64,000 bases of DNA from Felis catus (taxonomy: Eukaryota). This document shows positions 27,479 through 41,970 of this stretch, one piece after another. The notes beneath the pieces are model-generated. The model saw only the letters and a program-made list of their open reading frames with translations. It had not been told where the DNA came from and did not search any database. Each line of letters begins with the position of its first letter. Position 1 is the first letter of the stretch. The translations under genes and the position numbers were made by a program. The DNA lies in assembly GCF_018350175.1 (NCBI RefSeq), contig NC_058368.1, positions 233,184,001-233,248,000 of the forward strand, given 5' to 3'.

Positions 27479-29639
27479 GCCATAAGTATTTTAATTCTAT
27501 CTCTACTTCTATTTTACATCCTATTTTTTTTTCTTTTTCTTTCATTTGCCTTTATGGGACGGATCTTATTAGTAGTGTATGAGAAACGGCAGGTTTTCAT
27601 AACTTTAACGTCAACACAATAAAAATAACATTTTGACCATTTTTCCAAGGACAGAAGTTATAAAAGGAACTTTACACTGTAGATACGCCAATAAAACCAG
27701 ATAGACTTTTCCAGTAAAATGCCAGCCATCAGAATCCTGAGTTACAATACTTTCAGGTTTCGATCATCGCCACATTTCAAGCTGTAATCCGCTCTTCATT
27801 ATTAGTACCCTCTAAAATAGTTCTCTCTCAGTTTTATCTGCTCTCATAATACTCTGTTCTCAAGAGCTGGCAGGAAGGGAGGCTGCCTCTTCTCCCGCGA
27901 GGAGCTCGTAAGCTGTCTGTAATTCCTCACCCTCCAAATGATTTTCTTACAGCAAATGTTTCCATAAATTCCTTTCTTTTCAACTTATGAAATGATGGAT
28001 TCATTTTGGAATGCATCTTTCATTCACCCGTGTGCCCATAAAAATAAATTATAGTTTATACCATCACATCGAGATAGTAATGTCACTATCTGTTGCTAGT
28101 ATTAAATATCCTATTTATACCAAATCCATATGAAATAGACTGATAGCGACAACACCAGTAATGTTATGTATTTGCGTTAAGTCTCTTCTCCAGGCCTTGA
28201 AATGTGGCTAAAGTAATAAGTAATTAAGAGTCAACTTGCTCTAGGGAGACGAGTGATTTTCTACAATCCAATAACCTAATGAGAGCCCCTATGGTTCAGA
28301 GGGAGATGCTTCCAAATTCTCAAGAACTTTAACAGTGACTTTTCCGGGACACTAAGCCCTCCTTACGTGCCCTCTCCGGGAAGGAAAGACAGACCTGGAG
28401 TATAGATACTCCCAGCCTCTTTCATGTTTTCAAACTGGTCAGAGCCCACAGAACCTCAAGGCACTCTGCTTAGAGTCAACGATGTCAAACTAGTTTATCT
28501 TCTCTTTGGGCCTCTAAAAATCATGTGACCTTGAACACTGAGAAAATGGTAATTAAATAGCCTTGGTTCCACAGGTAGTATAAAATTATCCAAGGAAGTA
28601 CTCTTCTCTATTATTTGACTTCATATGGAGCTGGCTGCATTTTGTAAAAAAAAAAAAAGGAAAGCTATAGATGTTATTTTCTTAGTTTTGGTCATGGTAT
28701 ATTAGCTGATTGCGAATCAACTCTCCCACTAAGAACAACCAGAAAGACCAGAAAAACATAAAAAGAACTATCTTTGTGTGTGTGTGTCTTTCTTCAACTC
28801 AAAGGCTCCTTTCTGATTTTCTCTGTTTTTAGTTTATGATACTAACCCTTGGTGTGTTTCTCTTCATATGAAGGGTATGTGGGAGGTATTGTGTACATCA
28901 GTCGATGGCTTGCTGGCTCCCATGAGTCTTTTAAAGTTTTAAGCTTTAACTACTCAAATATTGCCCGTCCTCTTTTGTCCTTTCCTCCTATTTTGGAGCC
29001 ATAACTCAACATAGGTCACACCTTTTCAACATGTATGATGTATCTCCAAGACTCATGCCTCTATTTTCTAGGAGAAGGAGACTTCTCAACAGAAACAAAG
29101 GAGGCCAGGAGATCTGAAGGCGCAAGGTACAAATTATTGAAAGAAAATAAATGTCATTTTAGATGTATCTACCCATTAAGATTCCATTTATAAATGAAAG
29201 CAAAATGAAGATATTTTCAGGCAAATAAAACCCGGGAGAATTTGTAACCAGAAGACCCTCCCTTAAAAAAAATGATCCCAGAAGGAAGAATAAAGACAAC
29301 AGGGGTAACAAAAAGCAGGAAGAATGATAAATATATGGATAAATATAAAGGAATATGGGCTTCATAAAATAGTGTTATTCTACTGACCTTGAAGCACCTA
29401 GAGAATAAAAATACAGGGCAACAAAAGCATAAAACATGAAAGGAGATCTACCCACGGTAGGAGAACGAACAGTGTTTTGAATAAATCATGATGGGTCAAG
29501 TGGATATTCACATGGAAAAAAATGTATTGGCTTAAACTTCATACCGTAGACAAAAATCAAGTCCAAGTAGATTCCAGATCTCAGTGACAGAGAAACAATA
29601 AAGCTTTTACAGAGTAATATGTAAGGATACATATATTTT

Positions 29640-30035
29640 TTTTTCAGTTTATACTTACATTCCAGTTTGTTAACATACAGTGTTACATTAGTCTCTGGTG
29701 TATATAGTGGATATAGTGATTCAACACTTCCATACAACACCCTGTGCTCGTCACGACAAGTACACTCCTCCATCCCCATTACTTATTTAACCCATCCCCC
29801 ACCCACCTCCCCTCTGGACACCATCAGTTTGTTCTCTATAATTAAGAGTATTTTTCTGGGTTTGCCTCTCTCTCTTTTTCCCCTTTGCTTATTTGCTTCT
29901 TAACTCCCACATACGAGTGAAATCATGTAGTGTTTGTCTTTCTCTGACTGACTTATGTCACTTAGCGGAATACTCTCTAGCTCCATTCACGTTGTTGCAA
30001 ATGGCAAGATTTTGTTCTTTTTATGACTAATATTC

Positions 30036-30037
<2 letters not shown>
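29640..30037 (-). mobile_element. Carnivore L1 3' end
   Basis: TTAACATACAGTGTTACATTAGT...GATTCAACACTTCCATACAACACCC...AGTGAAATCAT...TTTGTCTTTCTCTGACTGAC. Confidence 0.85.
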
Positions 30038-30069
<32 letters not shown>

Positions 30070-30316
30070 TCCAACATTCCCCTTCAATTAGCTGTTGATT
30101 GGCCTCAGACTTGTATTAGCAATTATACATTCCTGCCTGTATTTTCATTCATCATTTCTTTCTTCTGCCTTGTTAACTGGAAGCAAGGATCAATACAGCT
30201 CAGGTGGTATGGACCACCTCTCAATTCCTAGGCACCCTGACCTATCAATTATCTTCTTCCTTGTGTATATTCAACCTCATCTTCTTCGTCTACTCATCAG
30301 CATTAAGAATTGCTCT

Positions 30317-30774
30317 GGGGCACCTGGGTGGCTCCGTCGGTTGACCGTCCGACATCAGCTCAGGTCATGATCTCATGATCCATGAGTTCGAGCCCCGCAT
30401 CGGGCTCTGTGCTGACAGCTCGGAGCCTGGAGCCCGCTTCAGATTCTGTGTCTCCCTCTCTCTCTGACCCTCCCCCATTCATGCTCTCTCTCTGTCTCAA
30501 AAATAAACATTAAAAAAAAATTTTTTTTAAAAAGAATTGCTCAAGGAGGGGTGCCTGGATGGCTCAGTCAGTTGAGCGACTGACTTCAGCTCGGGTCATG
30601 ATCTCACGGCTGGTGAGTTCGAGCCCCGTGTCGGGCTCTGTGCCGACCGCTCGGAGCCTGGAGCCTGCTTCGGGTTCTGTGTCTCCCTCTCACTCTCTGC
30701 CCCTCCCCCAGTCACATTCTGTCTCTGTCTCTCTCAAAAATAAATAAACATTAAAAAAAAAAAAAAAAGAAAAA
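30317..30774 (+). mobile_element. Two tandem CAN-SINEs (30317-30531 and 30548-30774)
   Basis: Two complete bodies with a shared target sequence AAGAATTGCTC in three copies. Confidence 0.93.
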
Positions 30775-32554
30775 AAGAATTGCTCAAGGATATCCTAAAA
30801 AATAAAGCTCTTGACACTGTATGTTCCTCCTTTACTCACAGGGTTCATTTTCTCCACTATAAACTTCCTTAAAATTCTGCTACTTTCGCTCTCTCACTTC
30901 CTCACCACCACCTCAACCCACTCCTTGACTCTCTCATCTCTCTCCCCCAAACATGTGGTTGAAACCCTGTCTGGAAGCACCCAGTGATCCCCCTATAGCT
31001 ACATCCAGTGAATGTTTTCGGATCTTCCCCCTAAAGTTGATCCTGCTCCTTCGTTCACAATGTTAACAAGTAAATGACATCATGTTCTACCCCATTTGTC
31101 CTGCCAGAAACTGAGCAAGGGATAGTGTTGGCCTGCATCCCATAAGACAGTAGCTTTTCCGGTTTGCCACCTGCTCCGTATGGAATTCTGCTGTTCGCAT
31201 GGAGACAGACGATGTAGATTAAATGCCAAACAAAATTTTAGGGCTTTCCAAATATATTCCCTACTACCCCCAAAATGTGCTAGTTTGCATTTCTACTAAA
31301 GGGAGATTGTTTCCATACGTTTGACATTACCTTTCCCTCTTGTCTTGATCAACATGGTGAGTAAAAAGTGGAGTTTTACACTGTGAATCCCAGTAGATAC
31401 ATATGACTGTGTTTTTGTACTTTCTGAATTCGCATTTCATTCTTTGTCCATCTTTCTATCATTTTGTCACCTCCTTGTTGGTTTGTAAAGTCTTTAAAAT
31501 GGAAACAAATCTGTGAAAAGAGTTCGGTTGAAAAAGGAATGTACCCAGATCATATATTATTCTTAGTCTGTATCCTGCTATTGAGTTATATCTCCAAACT
31601 ATAATCAAGTAAAAATACAATATCATCACTAATGTAATGTCAGCATCATCTTAGACCCAGCCTTGGGGCCGGGTAGGCAGAAGTAGGGCCATGAATTATG
31701 GTCTTTCTCAGACTGAGTGTTTTACTGGTTCATTCTAGGACAGACACTCCGTTGCTTCTCAATGAAGCTCGGAGTTATTGGTTATTGATTTCAGTCAGTC
31801 TTTGAGGCAAGGAGATTGTGGTCTCACTTTACAGTGAACTGGGAGGTGCTTCCAATCTCTCCCACTTGGGTGGACCTGTCCCTTTGATGAGTGTCCCTCT
31901 GTGCCTCCTGCTGGTCTCAGGTGGGGACAATATTGGATGGTGGGGGGCAGGCTGCAGAAATGAACATCAGGGCCGTCTCATCAGCCCCCGGTGCCCAAGA
32001 CCGTCTAACATTTACGCTTCCTTTACAGTTACGTAATCTAAGTGCTAAAAAGCAATGATACGCAGAAATCTGCACTAAACAAGGGATAGTTTTCAGCTCT
32101 TGTCAGGTGGCTGCCCTCACCCCAGCTCCCTCCACCTGCTGTCTAGAAGAGGCCTCTGACCTCCAGCCTCCCTGCCTCCTCCCAGTCTTCCTGCCTCCAC
32201 ACTCCCTCCCAGTCCCCTACAAAGTCACCTGGGAAGCCTTCCCAAACCCTGACTTTGGTGCTATCACTCTACATGCCCTAACAAATAAGAGTCAATAGGG
32301 TCAGAATTGAGTTCAATTGTGGGGGAGTTCAGCTGATGTGGGAGAATTACGTGGTGGTGGTATGGAAAAACCCTCCCCGTCATCCAACACTGAGATCATT
32401 GGGTGTGGGAATATTTATATGCTATAGCAAAGGAAATTGGTTTTTTGATTTCCTTTACAGATTGATCATTGTTGGTACATAGAAATGTAAGTGATTTGAG
32501 GATATTGATTTTGTATCCTGCCACTTTGCTGAATTTGTGTATTAGTTCCAACAG

Positions 32555-32607
<53 letters not shown>
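32555..32607. repeat. Compound microsatellite (TG)n(GA)n; other simple repeats at 30038-30068, 35276-35307, 52141-52166, 54315-54348 and C21 at 10985-11005
   Basis: Read directly from the sequence. Confidence 0.9.
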
Positions 32608-32611
<4 letters not shown>

Positions 32612-32629
32612 TTAGGGCACACTTGCCTT

Positions 32630-32855
32630 TATTTTAATTTTTTTAAGTTTATTTATTTATTTTGAGAGAGAGAGAGAGAAAGCATGGGTCCGGGGGATTG
32701 GGCAGGGTGCAGAGAGAGTGGGAGAGAGGGAGAATCCCAAGCAGGCTCTGCACTGTCAGCACAGAGACTGACGCAGGGCTCGAACTCACAAACTGTGAGA
32801 TCATGACCTGAGCCGAAGTCAGACGCTTAACCGACTGAGCCACCCAGGTGGCCCC
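32630..32855 (-). mobile_element. CAN-SINE
   Basis: TSD-like AGGGCACACT.GC.T. Confidence 0.92.
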
Positions 32856-32885
32856 AGGGCACACTGGCTTCTAAAGAGTTGGTTA

Positions 32886-33113
32886 GGGGCACCTGACTAG
32901 CTCAGTCAGGTAAGCATTCGACTTCAGCTTAGGTCATGATCTCATGGTTCATGGGTTCAAAGCCCCACATCAGGCTCTGTGCTGACAGCTCAGAGCCTGA
33001 AGCCTGCTTCACATTCTGTGTCTCCCTCTCTCTCTGCCCTCCTCTGCCTGCACTCTGTCTATCTCTCTCTCAAAAATAAATAGACATTCAAACAATTTTT
33101 AAAAGTAAAAAAA
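32886..33113 (+). mobile_element. CAN-SINE
   Basis: TSD-like AGTTGGTTA. Confidence 0.92.
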
Positions 33114-33704
33114 TGAACAGTTGGTTAATGTAAAGCAAGGGGGAATTCACACCGTTGAAAATGTTAACCTTGCGTATTTCACTTCCGTGGGCACAGAGAT
33201 GCAGCACCCACATCCCCCTTCAAGGAAGGTTGCTGCCCAGAGGCAGAGAGTGTGTTCGAAGGACACCTGCTGTGGTTCTAGGTCCTCTGAGGGTCCACCC
33301 CAGCATCAGGGCGCTGCCTCATCCACGGCCATGCCCTTCCCTGGGCACCCGCATCCAGGGAGGTGGTGAACACCCGGCCCATTCAGCCCGGGGCAGCATG
33401 ACTGGGCCAGTTACCCCACTCCTAGGAGCCCTGCCAGGGCGGTGTGTTGGTCAGGCAGCAAAACATGTCACTCTTCCCTCTGTCCAATCCCAGACCCTCC
33501 CCTTTCCCTTCACAGGTGGTCACTCGGATGAACATCTTGTGTCTGAACATCATCTCAGCATCTGCCTCGGGAAACCCAAGTTGAGACAGTCGCTATTTTA
33601 AAAGGTGATTATTGTTGCGTTATCTGTCACTTTAAATTTTCCAGATAGTTTGACCAAAGTCCGTTTAGGTGACGGCCATCATTTAGGAGCCTGCAATCCA
33701 CTGT

Positions 33705-33908
33705 TTAACTTTTTGAATGTTTATTTTCGAGAGAAAGCATGTGCAAGGCAGAGGAGGGGAAGAAAGAGGGAGACAGAGGATCCAAAGCAGGATCTGTGCT
33801 GACAGCAAGGAGCCCAACGCAGGGTTCGAACCTGTGAAGGAACAGCAAGATCATGACCTGAGCCCTGAGCCAAAGTCAGATGCTTAATCGACAGCCACCC
33901 AGGTGCCC
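33705..33908 (-). mobile_element. CAN-SINE (older)
   Basis: TSD-like GCCTGCAATCC. Confidence 0.85.
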
Positions 33909-34166
33909 TGCCTGCAATCCGTTCTTTAGAAACTTTGTACAAGAAACAGTTCCAAAGTAACAACTGTATTTGTTTTAACTCTTCATCCTTGTTTTCAGAG
34001 GAATGAATAAAGGTGACCTTGGGGTCCCGTTTACTTTTCCTTCTGAGTTGACATCAACCAGATGCAATCGTTCCAACACCGGCTCCTGGCAGCTTTCCTG
34101 AAAGGCTTAACCTCTCTGAAGGGTTACTTCATGTCTTGAACTGCTGTTTTAAATAAACCTGTCACT

Positions 34167-34390
34167 GGGGCGCCTGGGTGGCTCAGTCGGTCGAGCGTCC
34201 GACTTCCGCTTAGGTCATGATCTCACAGTTCGTGGGTTCGAGTCCTGCGTCGGGCTCTGTGCTGACCACTCAGAGCCTGGAGCCTGCTTCGGATTCTGTG
34301 TCTCCCTCTCTCTCTGCCCCTCCCCTGCTCCTGCTCTGTCTCTCTCTGTCTCAAAAATAAATAAAAACATTTAAAAAAAATTTTTTTTAA
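34167..34390 (+). mobile_element. CAN-SINE
   Basis: Full body, TSD-like AAATAAA.CTGT. Confidence 0.93.
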
Positions 34391-35274
34391 GAAATAAATC
34401 TGTTATTTAAGAGCCCCACCCCACCCCTGCCCACCAGAAGTCAACATGGCTTAAATAGCTTTTCTTTCAGGTCTTTTCAGGGTTTTAACATTTTTGTGTT
34501 CGCCATTTACTCATTGTCCAGCTTCATGCCCTTCTGTTTTTTTATTTTGCACGTTTCTCTCTTCCCGTGAGCTTTGACAGCAAGGGAAGAGTCAGGACAC
34601 AGAATCCCCTCCCTCAGACGTGGCACGTTCTGCCTCCACAGCCTAGAGAAGGCGTGAGTGTCGGTAAAGAGAGAAGGCACACTCTGTGTGTCCCACATGG
34701 TTTCCAGTAAGATCCACTCTGGTCCATCATAAGAGTGAAACCCGTGCATGATTCTCCCACGGTGGGGGCACAATCCGTGTGGTCAGATTGCACTGATGAC
34801 TTAAGATAACAACATGCAACATGTGCAAAGTCTCCTATTCATACAAATCAGCTCATTTAGATCTCATGAACTCCGCTGGCTGGTTCCAGTAGCAGGGGAG
34901 GGCTGGGGGTTAGACATTTACTGTCTCCAACGGCAATTGCCCAAATTTACAAATCAGGCAAAATTGGCCTCCGTTTCATGCTTCAATTATCAGTGTTCAC
35001 TGATCCTTGCAATTTTCCAATAACAGGGCAACATAGCAAGTCATCAGATCCAGCCATAAGCCCATAAAGAAAACCTCCAGGGTGTTAGTTCTAATTCGGG
35101 CACTTACACAACTTTCCTGGGAAAATGTTAACATCATCTTTCCTCTGTTTTTACTTTTTAAAAAAAATGGAATGAGGAGAACAGTATCCTATTCTGATAT
35201 TTTAAAAAAGTTGTCCAACATCAAGTCCTATTGCCCGGTGATCAAATTCCAAAATAAAACAAGATAACCATGTG

Positions 35275-35310
<36 letters not shown>

Positions 35311-35771
35311 GGTTACTTTTTCTAATTTTCTTTCAGAAGTGCCCATGGCCCCATTCTTGTTGGCGTCTTTCGTGGTGTTTACTAAGACTCCTGGTATTCC
35401 ATTTTTCCTTGGAATAATTCCGACTCAGTATCGCTTACGGTTGTTCTTCAGCTAAAAGTAACATAAGCTTGATGAAGTTAATTCTCTAATCCCCTTTCCT
35501 TCAGATAAATGAAGTTTAGAGGTATACGTATTCTGAATGGAAAGAGTATCTCCAAACTGTCCCCCAGGCCACCAAGCTCCTCCCACTCCCTGCCTTACCA
35601 TCCTTAATGCATGGCTCTTCTCCTCATGCTCACATGATGGTTGCTGTGCCTCTAGAAACCACATCTGCATTCCAGGCAGCAACATTGAGAGGGAGGGCCA
35701 AACACTGTACCGGCTAAGCCTTTTCCCTTTTTCTCAGACAAAACAGTGGTTTCCTTAAAAGTCCCACCCAG

Positions 35772-35976
35772 GACCGAACGCCCGGGGGGCTCAGTCGGCT
35801 GAACGTGCGACTTCAGCTCTGGTCATGATCTCGCTGTTCCTGAGTTCGAGCCCCGCGTTGGGCTCTGTGCTGACGGCTCAGAGCCTGGAGCCTGTTTCGG
35901 ATTCTGTGCCTCCCTCTCTCTCTCCCTCGCTCGTGTCCCGTTTCTCTCTAAAAAATCAGTAAACGTTAAAAAAAAA
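35772..35976 (+). mobile_element. CAN-SINE nested in an old MLT1-like LTR (~35450-36130)
   Basis: SINE body, TSD-like AAAAGT.C.ACCCAGGAC. Confidence 0.85.
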
Positions 35977-38900
35977 GTTCAACCCAGGACAATTTGTTTA
36001 TGACTTACGAGACAGAACTACCACACAGTCACTAACAGCTGGACGGAAGCCTGGGAAATGGAGATCTGTAGCCGGACTTGTGGCTAGCCACACAAAGTCA
36101 GAGTTCCCTTAGGAATGGAAAGGGGGTGACGAATATCAGGTACCCCAGTCTCAGAGTCATCTGTAATTCCCTCCAGTGGTGGTGAGGATATAGTTACACG
36201 TCATTTGTAAATAGTTAATATTAGCCCTGGATATGAGTAAAGGATACGTGAAGCTTGTAATACTCACAAGGCCAAGGGGACGAGGGGATCTGGAGGGGTG
36301 GCTGGCGTGTCAGAGAGCTCACAGGGTCGTCGGATGAGCCCCGGGAGGAAAACTTCCATCCCGTCTCTGGGCTGCCATTACTGTGCTCACTGGGCACCGT
36401 GCTGAGTACGACGGAGGGGGTGAGCCGGGAGAGAAGGGACACAAGAGTGGCAGAGGGCGGTGACAGACAGAAACCATGAGGAGCGCCCACTCCTTTGTAC
36501 GGGGCTTTGGCCATTGTGTCGCCATTTCCTTCGATGCTGTCTGTGTTCACCACCAGAGAGCGCATTTTCCTGAAGCCCTGCAGTCAGAACCGTGTCCCGT
36601 TTCTCTACAGGACCTCGGGGACTCCGGGCAGGTCAGATGACAATTATTACAAACACAAAAATACCTCTGCCGTGTGCCGGTCCCGAATTAGATTCTTCAC
36701 TGGTCCTGCAGCCCGTGCTGTGTTGCGTTCTTTATCTGCAGGGTCTCACTCAACACTTATAAACCCCTTTGGGTCAAGAATTATTAACCCCGTTTCACAC
36801 ACGTGCACCGTAGACCAGGGAGGTCTCCGGCTGGCCAAAGGCCACTTGGCTGTGATAGGAAGAGAGAGGTCCTGAGGAGAATGGCCCTTCAGAAGGCACA
36901 AGAGAGGAGAGCTGGAAAGACAGAGGGACCCACAATGCCCAAGCCCCTGGATGCAGCCATGCCTGAAGCGAGATTCCTCTGCTCCATGAGCCATTACAGT
37001 CTCTTTTCCCTTAGGCTGGTTTCAGTTGACTTCTGTCTGGGGAAGAATTCTTCCACCTACGTTAAATGTGTACCTGTTCCTCCGTGATTGCCACATGGAC
37101 AACCGTTGGTTTGGAGACTCCTCCTTACAGCACACATGGATCCTTCCAGTCAGCCGCGGTGTGGGGAAAAAATAAAGTCAGGTGCAGCTGCAACAAAAAA
37201 ATCAAATACAATGTGCACAAGTAGAATAACACACAGCTTCCAGCCGTCAGAGAACTATGCTCGCAGGAGTCTGCACGTAGCTGACTTTGAAGTCCTGATG
37301 TAGAAGAAGGAACGTGTACTCTTTGCAGATACCAAACAAATCTGTTCACTCTCTCTTCGTGGCATTTCTTCAGCTTTGTACTCTCTATCAATGCCAGAAA
37401 TTTCTCAGTTTTTTGAAGTTCATTTATTTCAGTTCACGTTCGCTAACATACAGTGTAGTCTTGGCCTCAGGAGCGGAACCCAGTGATTCGTCACTTATGT
37501 GCGACACCCAGTGCTCACCCCCCCACAGGTGCCCCCCTCGATGGCAAATTTGAATTTTTAAAGCAACGTTCCGGGTCATATCACATAATTGCCCATCAGG
37601 AGATAAATCTGTTTTCAGTCTTTGACGGTGTGTATATTCTTTCTTCCGCGTGCGCTGCTGATACGATCAGGTGAGATTGTGCCCGTATTCCGGCCCACAA
37701 ACTGCCGTAGAGAAGACACCCCAGAACAAGCACGTTTTCTCCTGGGTGGGGCTGAGACATCTTGCTTCCACCTCCCTCCCTCTCTCTCCCTCTCTCCGGT
37801 CCCTCCGTGAGCATGCTTTCAGCTTTGCTGCTATGCCCTTGCACACAGTCCCTTAAGACAACCAATTTATTCTCTCTTTAAAATATTTAGAAATACTGAT
37901 AACTTCTGGAACTCTCTGACCAGGCCAGTTTTCATGTTGACAAGCAATTTGCTGGTTTCTGAGGATAGCCCGTCTTCCATACACGAATGATAGGAGATCT
38001 TAGGCCTTTGGATGGTAATTTAGTGGCAGAAGTGAAGGCTCAGTGATTTAAACGTATAGACGTTGGTGCTAAGTTCTTTTCTCCCATAACTCCTTTTCCA
38101 CTATTATTTTCCTCCTGTTGCGGAAGCTTAAACCCAATGAAATGAGCCTCATCCCCCTTCCTTTACTTTCCTATATTTTGGATCATACAAAAAGAAATAC
38201 ATAGCGACAGTTCTCTTCAAGTATCTCAAGTTCATCCCTGCCTCCCACGGTTCCTGAAGTATGCCATCTGTCTCCCCACTGACCAGGACTCCCTCTACTG
38301 AAACAGCCTCTATCCAGGCTGAAATTCACAGCAAACTTACACGCGACATTACTTTCACTTCTAACTAGCTCCGTGCCAGACCGCCCATCGTTAAGAACAA
38401 CAACGTAACTAAATTCCCGCCATAAAGTAGTCGCATTTAATCCACACTATTGAAACCGCACTCAGAGATTTAGGATTTTTTTTTGCCTCCTGTTTTCCCC
38501 TGGGTTTAGTGGCAGAAGAGGCTTGTGTTACAGATTACATGGTAACCAACCTGTTCCTTGATCATCTTTTCGTAAGGGGTTGTACATTACGGTTGGTCAG
38601 AGGTCAGAGATCTGGTCCTACAGATTCTGGTCGTTTCTGGGGCAGGGGAGTTGCAGAATAGAAAGGGTGAGATGTGACACATCTTCTGGAACGTGCGTGT
38701 CTGTGTTTCAGCTGCACAGTGTTGCTGAGGCGTCTCGGTGAGGCCCAACTGAACATTTATGAGTAGGATGACCCCGGCCCTCTAAGAATGGACTGCACAG
38801 ATGCAATTACTGGGTTTCAGCAGTTATTGTAAGAGCATGTAGGATCCAAGGGATTGATAAAGCACAGAGAAAACTAGTGCATTTTCTTCACATAAGAGGA

Positions 38901-39495
38901 ACAAATTCTGAAAGGAAATCAGAAATCTGGACATGAATAGCTCACATTCAATACCCATTAAAAATACCGGAATGAATCATCAAAGGATCAATTTGTATAC
39001 AAGTCTACAACTGCAGGGGACTAAGCCAAGAAATCTATGAGCTTTCTGAAGAACACATTCAAGAGCCCAAAGCAATTTCCTCCTGAGTATTGTGACAAGT
39101 CTGAAAGATCAGCAGAAGCCAGAGACAGGACCGAGTCTGCTGTGAAAGCCACTGTCCCCTCCTGTGTGTGGCTGTCTCAGACAGTGCGTTAGAATGACTG
39201 GCCCTGGTGATCTTAGAAAGAGAGCCGCAAATCACTTTAAAGTTAACCGGCCTGCACACCAATAAGCAGAGGACGTAAGGCTGGCATACCACCCATGAAT
39301 AATTTACTAAGAAAATCAAGATTCGGCAAAATAAAATGAATGTAAGGAGAGACGATCAATAATGCTTCCATTGAAATTAAGAGAAATTACGTCTGAGTCT
39401 TCTGGAGATGCATTACTTGATGATTCATTGATTTCATATTTAACTCAATAATTATTTTATTGTGTTTGTGACTCATACTACTCGCTGAATGATAC

Positions 39496-39999
39496 TGTGG
39501 AAAGACAGGAAGACCAGCCAAATGAGGAAAGCAGAGGCTACTCAGGGATTGCCGTTAGCCACAGGGAGTCAGCCAGCGTTCCTGGAGTGAGGCGGGGGCT
39601 CACCGGCAGGCACAGGGCTGGGAAAGGCTTATGGGGGGAAAGACGCAGCTCAGGGCCGCCTCGATGGCAGGCTGTCGGTGCGGGGACGCTGGGTGCAGGC
39701 TCCCGGGGACTGGCCAGGGAGCGTATTTGGCTCACTTTGGCTGGTCCTAAATTAGACGCAGGGCAGAAAGTGGGGAGGCTGCCCTTTCCGAGCCGGGTTT
39801 TACAGGAGTTACTGTCTGGCTTCCTGGATTGCTCCCCAGACACCACAGTCTGACTTCCTGACTTACAGAGAGCAGGCCGGCTTCCTGGGCCCGTGACATA
39901 GATAGTGGTCGGTTTCCTGAGCCGATCAGGGCAGGTGTGGCTCAGAGTTCTGTTTGAATATGCAGTGTGGTCATGGTCCACTTTCCATGCGGCCTCTCA
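39496..39999. mobile_element. Probable solo LTR of an old ERV (family uncertain)
   Basis: ~500-bp GC-richer block bounded by TG...CA in AT-rich flanks. No convincing TSD. Confidence 0.45.
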
Positions 40000-41779
40000 C
40001 TACTCTACGGCAGGCACTGAGCTGTAATATTCATCACCTTATTGAAGCGCATTTTTGCCCAGTGCGATGCTTGAAGAAGTCCTGTTTGATAGAGGAAGAA
40101 ACCACGGCTTCTTCACATCATGCGGGGCCAGCTACGGAGTCAAGGGTGGAGTCCGTGATTAGGTTCAGGGAATCTGGCCCCAAACCTGAGCTCTGGACAG
40201 GAACATGGCCCTGCCTCCCAATTCCCACTGGTGAGACTGGAGATAATCCTGAGCTTCGGAAGCCGAGAAGGAACCGAGACCAGCTCGGCTGCCTGGTTTC
40301 TGCCTCCAGCGCTATACGCGACTTTGCTCAAATCGTTTTAGAAAATCCTGCCTCTCGGCCCATCTGTCTCTTCAGAATAGTAAATGAACTTCGATAGGAG
40401 AGGGTTAAGCAGAAGGTCCACAGAGCCGAGCAGATAACCTGAATGTGTGAGTCCCCCGAACATAAGGCATCGGGGGAGGGACCCACATCTGCCAGAAGAA
40501 GAATGTTCCATGCGTTCCTGGGCGTTCTGTTCACATCACCAAGGCTCGTAACCCTCACCCTCACGTCTGCAGTAAAATCCAGCGGGAAAGGTACTCAGTT
40601 AAAAGTTCAGTCCAAAGTACGGTTGCTTAAGAAGAATTTGAAGGCTTTTCAATGCCCCTTCCGAATAAATGGGTTTTAAACTGGTATCCTGTAAAAATTC
40701 AAAAGTAAAATAATTCGATTGAAATAGTGTAATTGGGAAGTCAATAGGGAACTGGAGTGGAATACACACTGGTTAGCATGAATATTCTAACTGGATGCAT
40801 TTGCAAAATACTGTTCCTATGATGGGATTTTACATTTTCAAGCGTAAAAGCATTTTGTCCGTTTCTGTGGTCGTGGGTATGTTGCCACCACAAAAAGAAA
40901 AGATAAAATGCCAAAATGAAATTATGAATGTATGCAAATTACGTAGACATTGGATTTCACTTTGCAATGTGTTTACAGAGCAAAATTAAAGAATAATTTT
41001 TCTTCACTTGAATTATAAAATATCCTGGGCACTATCAAAGATGACGGAGGATTACATTTAACAGTCCTGGCGGATGTTACGGAGTAAATCTAGACCCACA
41101 ACTGGGAAATGCAACGGTCCCCAGGTTGCTCGGATGGCAGTACCCCCGTGGGAATCAGTGGAGACGATAAATTCAATTTCACACCTGTTGTCGGTGCCTT
41201 AGATTCATGGTTTTTCACCTTACGATAAAGATATGAATGTGCACCAGTTGTCCCTGGTAAATGATTAGGGGAGAGGTTTTTAAAGGCGGGATTGCATTCG
41301 ACTCAGATTTTCAGCCTCCTTGGTCCCGGAAATAAGAGCTGCGTTCCTGGGGAAAATTCTTGTTAGCCTTGTAGAGAGAAAGATCATAGGAAAGGGGTCA
41401 GGGGGTCTGTACAGGCGTGAGGTCTACAGAGGGTCGTGACACGGCAAAGGTAAGAAAATAAAGCTCTCAGCACCTACGCGGAGATGGGGCCCCCCAACTA
41501 GAGCTATTGCAGAGACGAGCTAAATATACTGAGTCGAGGGCCCCAGCCTGCTCCAGTGAAGGGTGGGAAAGGAGAAATAGAGATGCACCGAATCAGTGGG
41601 GGGTCACATGTCACATTTGTTGAAAACATTCTGTGTATGTTAATTGTCCTGCCAAAAATGTCCTGGTTTAGCCTAAAAGTTAGATGGCTAATGACTAGGG
41701 GCTCATTCTTCTCTCTACATCTGGCTAAACCGAACTCATCTGTAGTGGCCTGTGACCCTCTGCTTAAGAGTGAGAAGGA

Positions 41780-41970
41780 GGGGGTGCCTGGGGGGCTCAG
41801 TTGGTTGAGCATCCGACTTTGGCTCAGGTCGTGAGTTGGAGCCCCACGTCAGGCTCTCTGCTGTCATTGAGGAGCCCGCTTCAGATCCTTTGTCTCCCTC
41901 TCTCTCTGCCCCTCCCCCGTTCATGCTCTGTCTCTGTCTCAAAAATAAATAAACATTAAAAAAAATTTTA
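41780..41970 (+). mobile_element. CAN-SINE
   Basis: SINE head, CT tract, AATAAATAAACATT tail. Confidence 0.9.
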
